A stretch of 64,000 nt of DNA from the NCBI GenBank assembly GCA_035328405.1, contig DAOLIT010000011.1:4636-68635 (forward strand), read 5' to 3'. The position numbers were made by a program, and so were the translations under genes. Shown one piece after another: positions 59,329 to 64,000 of this stretch; within the stretch, counting starts at the first letter, position 1; each line of letters begins with the position of its first letter. Source of the stretch: Pseudomonadota bacterium. GTDB taxonomy: Bacteria; Myxococcota_A; Polyangia; Palsa-1104; JAEUJZ01. The notes beneath the pieces are model-generated. The model had not been told where the DNA came from. It was given only the letters and a program-made list of their open reading frames with translations, and ran no database searches.

Positions 59329-60230
59329 TCCGCCCTTTTCCAACCCTGTTGTCCTGTTTGTTGCTTTCGCTTTCGATCGCAAACGGATGTGATTCCGCTT
59401 CTTCCCGAAGTTCGGTGACTGCACTTTTGCGCGTTGCGGGAGCGCAGCGGGTTGAAGGTCCGCCTCCCCAGGAAACAGAAGCAGGATCAGGCCACGCAGT
59501 GCCATCCGTGGTCCTCTTGGGTGCGCGCATTTGGCCGGGCACAATCGACAAACCATTGGAAGGAACTTTGCCTGTCGGATCGACCGCTGTCTCCATTTTT
59601 CTCGTCGGAGATATCGCCCATTACGTTCTTCCAGCAGGACCCGCCGATGTGACCGGAAAAGATCTTCCTACGTTCTCTGCACGCCTCTCCTTTTCACCCC
59701 TTTTGCCTCTTGGTCCCATCCGATTGTGGATTTCCGCCGTGGATCAGAAGGGTGTGTATGGCCCACCCAGCGTACAACAGTTGATCAGTGATCCAGAGCC
59801 TCTTCCGCAAGGTGCCCTCGTCTTCCAATTGCGTTGGAAACGAGCTGCCGATCTCGATTTGCATGTGCAACAACCAGATGGTCAAGTGATTTGGTCACGT
59901 CGAAAAAATGCACTCCTCAACCCTGGTTCAGGGTCCCCTTCTCATGGCAGCTCAACCGGATATCTCGATCAGGATTCCAATTCCCTTTGTGTGATTGATG
60001 GGCAACAGCGTGAACATGTCGTCTATCCGCAACGCCCGTTATCCGGCCTGTATCGCGTGTGGATAGATGCGTTTTCGTTGTGCAAGGAAACAACAGCATT
60101 TTGGGAAATGTCTGTCTTTGTCGATGGAAAACTGATTTCTTCAGTCGGCGGACAGAGTGTCCAATCTGATACGCGCGGCCCTCATGAACCTGGAACGGGC
60201 ACACTTGCACTCGAATGGGAATGGAAGTGA
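59325..60230 (+). CDS. Hypothetical lipoprotein
   Basis: Lipobox (SLSIANGCDS). Beta-rich. 4-bp overlap with the porin gene. Confidence 0.4.
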   Translation: MIRPFPTLLSCLLLSLSIANGCDSASSRSSVTALLRVAGAQRVEGPPPQETEAGSGHAVPSVVLLGARIWPGTIDKPLEGTLPVGSTAVSIFLVGDIAHYVLPAGPADVTGKDLPTFSARLSFSPLLPLGPIRLWISAVDQKGVYGPPSVQQLISDPEPLPQGALVFQLRWKRAADLDLHVQQPDGQVIWSRRKNALLNPGSGSPSHGSSTGYLDQDSNSLCVIDGQQREHVVYPQRPLSGLYRVWIDAFSLCKETTAFWEMSVFVDGKLISSVGGQSVQSDTRGPHEPGTGTLALEWEWK

Positions 60231-62290
60231 TGTGTGTGGCCAGAATCTGGGTCATTGGTCTGCTTGGATTGTGTTCATCTGCCATCGCATCGCCCGACTC
60301 TGGCTCCCATTCTGTGGTGGTGCAAGGAGACCGGCTTTCCTCTGGTTCCCTTGAAGCGCGAGTCTCTACCCAGGAGGCCAGAACGCTGCCCGGACTTTCG
60401 GGAGATGCCGTTCGTGCCGTAGAATTCCTGGCGGGTGTCGCGCGCACGCAACTTGGTGCGGGACAATTGATTGTTTGGGGCGCAGCACCGTCAGAAACGC
60501 GCATTTTGTGGGAAGGAATCGAACTCCCCACTCTGTATCACTTGGGGGGTCTGCGCGCCGTGCTCCCAACCAATATGGTTGAATCAATCACACTGCTTCC
60601 CGCAGGATATGGTGCCGCATATGGGAGGGGGTTGGGAGGAGTCCTTTCCGTAAACTCTGCATCCCTTCCTGACGGTTTTCACGGTGAAGTCCGTGCCGAT
60701 TTGCTCGATGCAAGTGCGCAGCTTTCTACATCGATCGGATCGCGCTTTCACGCAATGCTCGCCGGTCGGTTTGGTTATGTGGACAAGCTGCTTCCGCTGC
60801 TCACGTCCTTGCCCCTTTCTGACTTCTTTCCTTTGCCAAGTTTTTGGGATGCACAGGCGCAAGTGGAAGTGCATCTGCAACGGCGCAACGGACTTCACGA
60901 AGGTCTGGTATTGCGCGTGCTGGGCGTCGGAGATTCCCAAACTCGCATCCAGGCAAATGCAGATGAAGCGAATGCACAAACAGAGTCCATTTCTCGCCAA
61001 TTTTTTCGCGTTGCGCTGGAGTATTTCCGCAAAGTTCCCGATCACAAAACCCGCGTAACCCCATGGATAGGAATCGATGAACAGCACGATTCCGCACGAT
61101 TTGGGGGAACGGAAGCAAGGCTCTCTCAACGGCACGTTCGGTACGGTCTGCGCGCATCCCATTCCCACAATGTTTGGCCTATGTTGACATGGGACTTGGG
61201 TGCGGATGTTTTGGGAGATCTCGCAGATGTGCAGCGCGATGGAACCCTGACCAGGCCACCCCGCGAAGGGGACAGACGGGTGTTTGGGCAGAATCCTGGT
61301 CGCGAAGTCAGCAGCGACTCCTTTTCCGTTCATCAAACCAATCTGTCGGTGTTTTCCCAGGTCTTGCTGCGCCTGGGGCGGATTCGGCTCACTCCCAGTC
61401 TTCGCGCCGTCGCCCAATTGTCTGACGTAGGCCGCCTTTTGCCCCGAATCGGAGACACCCCTCCGCTTGGTTTTCGTAGACTGGATTTTGCACTGGAACC
61501 TCGCTTGCAACTTCGCATTCAACCCACGTCCAGACTTGCGCTATTTGCTGCCGCAGGTCTGTTTCATCAAACACCGGACCCCGTGGATCTCAGCGCAGTG
61601 TTTGGGAATCCGACGCTGGGGCCAGCCCGCGCAGTGCATGCGGCGGTCAGTGCAGAGGTCCGCATTGCTGAACCCCTTACCGTCGAAATGGGCTCGTTTT
61701 TCCGGGGTCTGTTTGATCTTTGGTCACGCAGTCCACTTCTGACACCCCCACTCGCGCGCTCTATCGATCAAGAGGGCACGGGTCGTGCATACGGAGGCCA
61801 CATTGTCGTACGTCTGTTTCCCTTTTACAAACTCAGCGGAACTCTGTCCTACTCCCTAAGTCGTGCAGAACGGCGGGACCACCCCAAACTCCCGCTTCGG
61901 CTCGCCGATTTCGACCAACCGCATGTGTTGCAAGTGGCCGTGCGATACGTGCTGTTCGGGTGGGGAATGGGAGTCCGCCTGCGCTACGCATCCGGGCTTC
62001 CCAGAACCGAGGTCATCGGCGCGTACTACGACGCCCGTGATGATCGATTTGATCCACTTTTTGGGGCTACCAACGCCATTCGCTTGCCGGATTTTTTCCA
62101 GCTCGATGCGCAAATTGATCGCACGTTTGTGTTTGCAAAACGCCTTCGTTTGTCGCTGCAGCTCGAGGTGCAAAATGTTACCGCACGACAGAACGCTGAA
62201 GACCTCGCATACCGATACGACTACAGCCAAAAAGCGTACATCCTTGGGATGCCACTTATGGCCAACGTGGGAGCACGATTTTCATTTTAG
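60215..62290 (+). CDS. TonB-dependent outer-membrane receptor
   Basis: Signal peptide. Plug-domain-like N-terminus (VVVQGDRLS...AVRAVEFLAGVART) and 22-strand-type barrel length. C-terminal …GARFSF aromatic terminus. Start may be 60221 or 60230. Confidence 0.65.
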   Translation: MGMEVMCVARIWVIGLLGLCSSAIASPDSGSHSVVVQGDRLSSGSLEARVSTQEARTLPGLSGDAVRAVEFLAGVARTQLGAGQLIVWGAAPSETRILWEGIELPTLYHLGGLRAVLPTNMVESITLLPAGYGAAYGRGLGGVLSVNSASLPDGFHGEVRADLLDASAQLSTSIGSRFHAMLAGRFGYVDKLLPLLTSLPLSDFFPLPSFWDAQAQVEVHLQRRNGLHEGLVLRVLGVGDSQTRIQANADEANAQTESISRQFFRVALEYFRKVPDHKTRVTPWIGIDEQHDSARFGGTEARLSQRHVRYGLRASHSHNVWPMLTWDLGADVLGDLADVQRDGTLTRPPREGDRRVFGQNPGREVSSDSFSVHQTNLSVFSQVLLRLGRIRLTPSLRAVAQLSDVGRLLPRIGDTPPLGFRRLDFALEPRLQLRIQPTSRLALFAAAGLFHQTPDPVDLSAVFGNPTLGPARAVHAAVSAEVRIAEPLTVEMGSFFRGLFDLWSRSPLLTPPLARSIDQEGTGRAYGGHIVVRLFPFYKLSGTLSYSLSRAERRDHPKLPLRLADFDQPHVLQVAVRYVLFGWGMGVRLRYASGLPRTEVIGAYYDARDDRFDPLFGATNAIRLPDFFQLDAQIDRTFVFAKRLRLSLQLEVQNVTARQNAEDLAYRYDYSQKAYILGMPLMANVGARFSF

Positions 62291-62292
62291 GA

Positions 62293-63270
62293 GTGGAGCA
62301 CACCAATATGAAGTATGTAATAGGTTTCATATCGTTCCTGAGTGCTTGCCTACCAGATTTGGGAGCACCACAATCCCTGATTTTGGGACCACGGATTCTG
62401 TCTGTTCGCAGCGAGCCGCCCGAAGTGTTTCCAGATGAAAAAGTGCAGCTCTCTGTGGTTGCAGTCGAGGCTTCGGGGGAGCTGCTCTCTGCCTCTGCTC
62501 CCGTCGAATGGGCCTTTTGCACCAGCCCCAAACGCCCCGTTGAAAACAACGTGGTCGATGCGGGATGTTTGGGGAACGAAGTCCGCCTTCTCCCGGCGAA
62601 CGTACAGACCGTTTCCACGCAAGTTCCAAGCGATGCGTGTGCCTTGTTTGGTCCGCAGAGTCCACCTTCTACAGGTGAATCGGGTACTCCCCGCCCACGA
62701 GACCCCGATGAAACCGGAGGCTACTACCAACCGGTGCGCGTGAGCGTCCTGGGACTGCGGGCAATTGGCTTGATTCGGATTCGGTGTGGTTTGGCATCCG
62801 CGACCCCTGAAGTAGCCGCACGATTCCGAGCCGAGTATCAACCAAACCGAAATCCAGATACCGCACTCCTGCACATTCACCACAATGGGCAGACGATCTC
62901 GTCGAAGAACCTTCCAGCAGGACAACCCCTTTTGTTGCGACTTGTGTTTCCCAATTCGATTCAGGAGACCTATCTCCGTTTTGATCCGGCCAGCCAGTCG
63001 CTCGCACAAACCCCTGAAACTCTGCGAACCTCGTGGTTGTCCGCGCAAGGGAGTTTTCAAAGTGGACAAACCTGGGCCACCCCTTTCGACGAAAACAATC
63101 ATGTAGCCGAAACGCTTTGGACTGCCCCTGAAGTTCCCGGAAGCGTGCTGCTCCACACCGTCCTTCGCGACAGCCGTGGCGGCGTTCTCTCCCAAACTCA
63201 CCCAGTTGAAATCAAAATCAGGCAAAGCGCGCAGAACGCTCATGTGGGGGGTCAAAAATGGGATGACTGA
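62293..63270 (+). CDS. Hypothetical lipoprotein downstream of the TonB-dependent receptor
   Basis: Lipobox (ISFLSACLPD). Beta-rich. Starts 3 bp after the receptor stop. Confidence 0.4.
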   Translation: MEHTNMKYVIGFISFLSACLPDLGAPQSLILGPRILSVRSEPPEVFPDEKVQLSVVAVEASGELLSASAPVEWAFCTSPKRPVENNVVDAGCLGNEVRLLPANVQTVSTQVPSDACALFGPQSPPSTGESGTPRPRDPDETGGYYQPVRVSVLGLRAIGLIRIRCGLASATPEVAARFRAEYQPNRNPDTALLHIHHNGQTISSKNLPAGQPLLLRLVFPNSIQETYLRFDPASQSLAQTPETLRTSWLSAQGSFQSGQTWATPFDENNHVAETLWTAPEVPGSVLLHTVLRDSRGGVLSQTHPVEIKIRQSAQNAHVGGQKWDD

Positions 63271-63276
63271 CGTGCT

Positions 63277-64000
63277 CTATTTTGCTCGTAATTTGAATCG
63301 CTGAATTTTTCCCGTCGCTGTTTTGGGCAACTCTGCGACGAATTCGATCCATCGGGGGTACTTGTAGGGGGCAAGCTGTTCCTTGACGTGGTGTGCAAGT
63401 TCCGCAGCGAGTCCCCTTGTTGTTGAGAAACCCGTGCGCAACACGACAAACGCTTTCGGCTTGACCAGTTCCGCATCATCCCGGTGCCCGACCACCGCTG
63501 CTTCGAGCACAGCCGGATGCGTCAGCAGGGCCGCTTCCACTTCAAATGGAGACACATAGATTCCAGACACCTTCAACATGTCATCCGAACGACCGGCATA
63601 GGTGTAGATCCCTTCCGGTGAAAAGGAGTACTTGTCCCCGGTCTTCACCCATTCCCCCAAAAACGTCTTCTGGGACATCTCCCGCTTTCGAGCATAGTGC
63701 AGCGCGCTCGACGGACCTGATACATACAGATCCCCGATTTCGTTCGCCTGAACGTCCTTGCCCTGTTCATCCAGAATTTTCACACGATAGCCCGGAACAG
63801 GACGCCCAGAAGCGCCATAACATACATCACCCGGAAGATTTGATACAAAGATGTGAAGCATCTCTGTAGACCCAATTCCGTCCAGAATTTCGACCCCCGT
63901 TCGCTCTGTCCATCTTCTCCCAAGCTCCGCAGGGAGTGCCTCTCCAGCAGATGTACAGATTCGCAAAGCCAATTCTGTCGTTGTTGGAAAATCCGCATGC
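63277..64000 (-). CDS. AMP-dependent synthetase/ligase (aryl/acyl-CoA ligase, benzoate-CoA-ligase-like), C-terminal part; gene continues beyond the window edge
   Basis: ANL-superfamily C-terminal motifs: TGDKYSF...DGIYTYAGRSDDMLKVSG, the hinge GRxDD, and the terminal LPKTATGKIQRFKLR with the catalytic Lys. Confidence 0.75.
   Translation of the reverse strand, partial: HADFPTTTELALRICTSAGEALPAELGRRWTERTGVEILDGIGSTEMLHIFVSNLPGDVCYGASGRPVPGYRVKILDEQGKDVQANEIGDLYVSGPSSALHYARKREMSQKTFLGEWVKTGDKYSFSPEGIYTYAGRSDDMLKVSGIYVSPFEVEAALLTHPAVLEAAVVGHRDDAELVKPKAFVVLRTGFSTTRGLAAELAHHVKEQLAPYKYPRWIEFVAELPKTATGKIQRFKLRAK

Noticed and set aside
1-64000. Search for tRNA/rRNA, CRISPR repeats, IS/transposase, integrase or phage genes
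   Set aside because: No GTTCGAATCC-type T-loop contexts in intergenic regions. No periodic direct repeats with unique spacers. No ORF translation with DDE, tyrosine-recombinase, terminase or capsid signatures.

Overview
High-GC (~65-68%) bacterial chromosomal segment with the gene content typical of Myxococcota: three eukaryotic-like Ser/Thr kinases (one fused to a formylglycine-generating-enzyme (FGE) domain, one with a long TPR tail), two FHA-domain enhancer-binding-protein (EBP)-like regulators, an ADYC-motif lipoprotein, a DUF4139-like protein and a bacterial alpha-2-macroglobulin. Gene density is high on both strands. I see no rRNA or tRNA genes, no CRISPR array, and no integrase, transposase or phage genes. 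Confident housekeeping calls are rnhB, wecB plus a GT2 glycosyltransferase, pheS (no pheT following), rfbB, rfbD, uvrA and a heterodimeric ABC exporter. The accessory-looking content falls into six groups: two paralogous Ser/Thr kinase to FHA-EBP signalling modules whose EBPs carry non-canonical GAFTGA loops; a nested TGGCACA palindrome operator in front of the second EBP, which appears to be leaderless; an outer-membrane uptake locus made of an XRE regulator with a PBP-like domain, a porin, a TonB-dependent receptor and lipoproteins; a small periplasmic redox module (TlpA-like, a 4-TM four-His membrane protein, a dihaem cytochrome c); a stand-alone alpha-2-macroglobulin with a divergent fused XRE regulator; and a degenerate HisKA-like protein next to a TLC-like transporter. 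Several very long antisense ORFs are GC-skew artefacts and are rejected.
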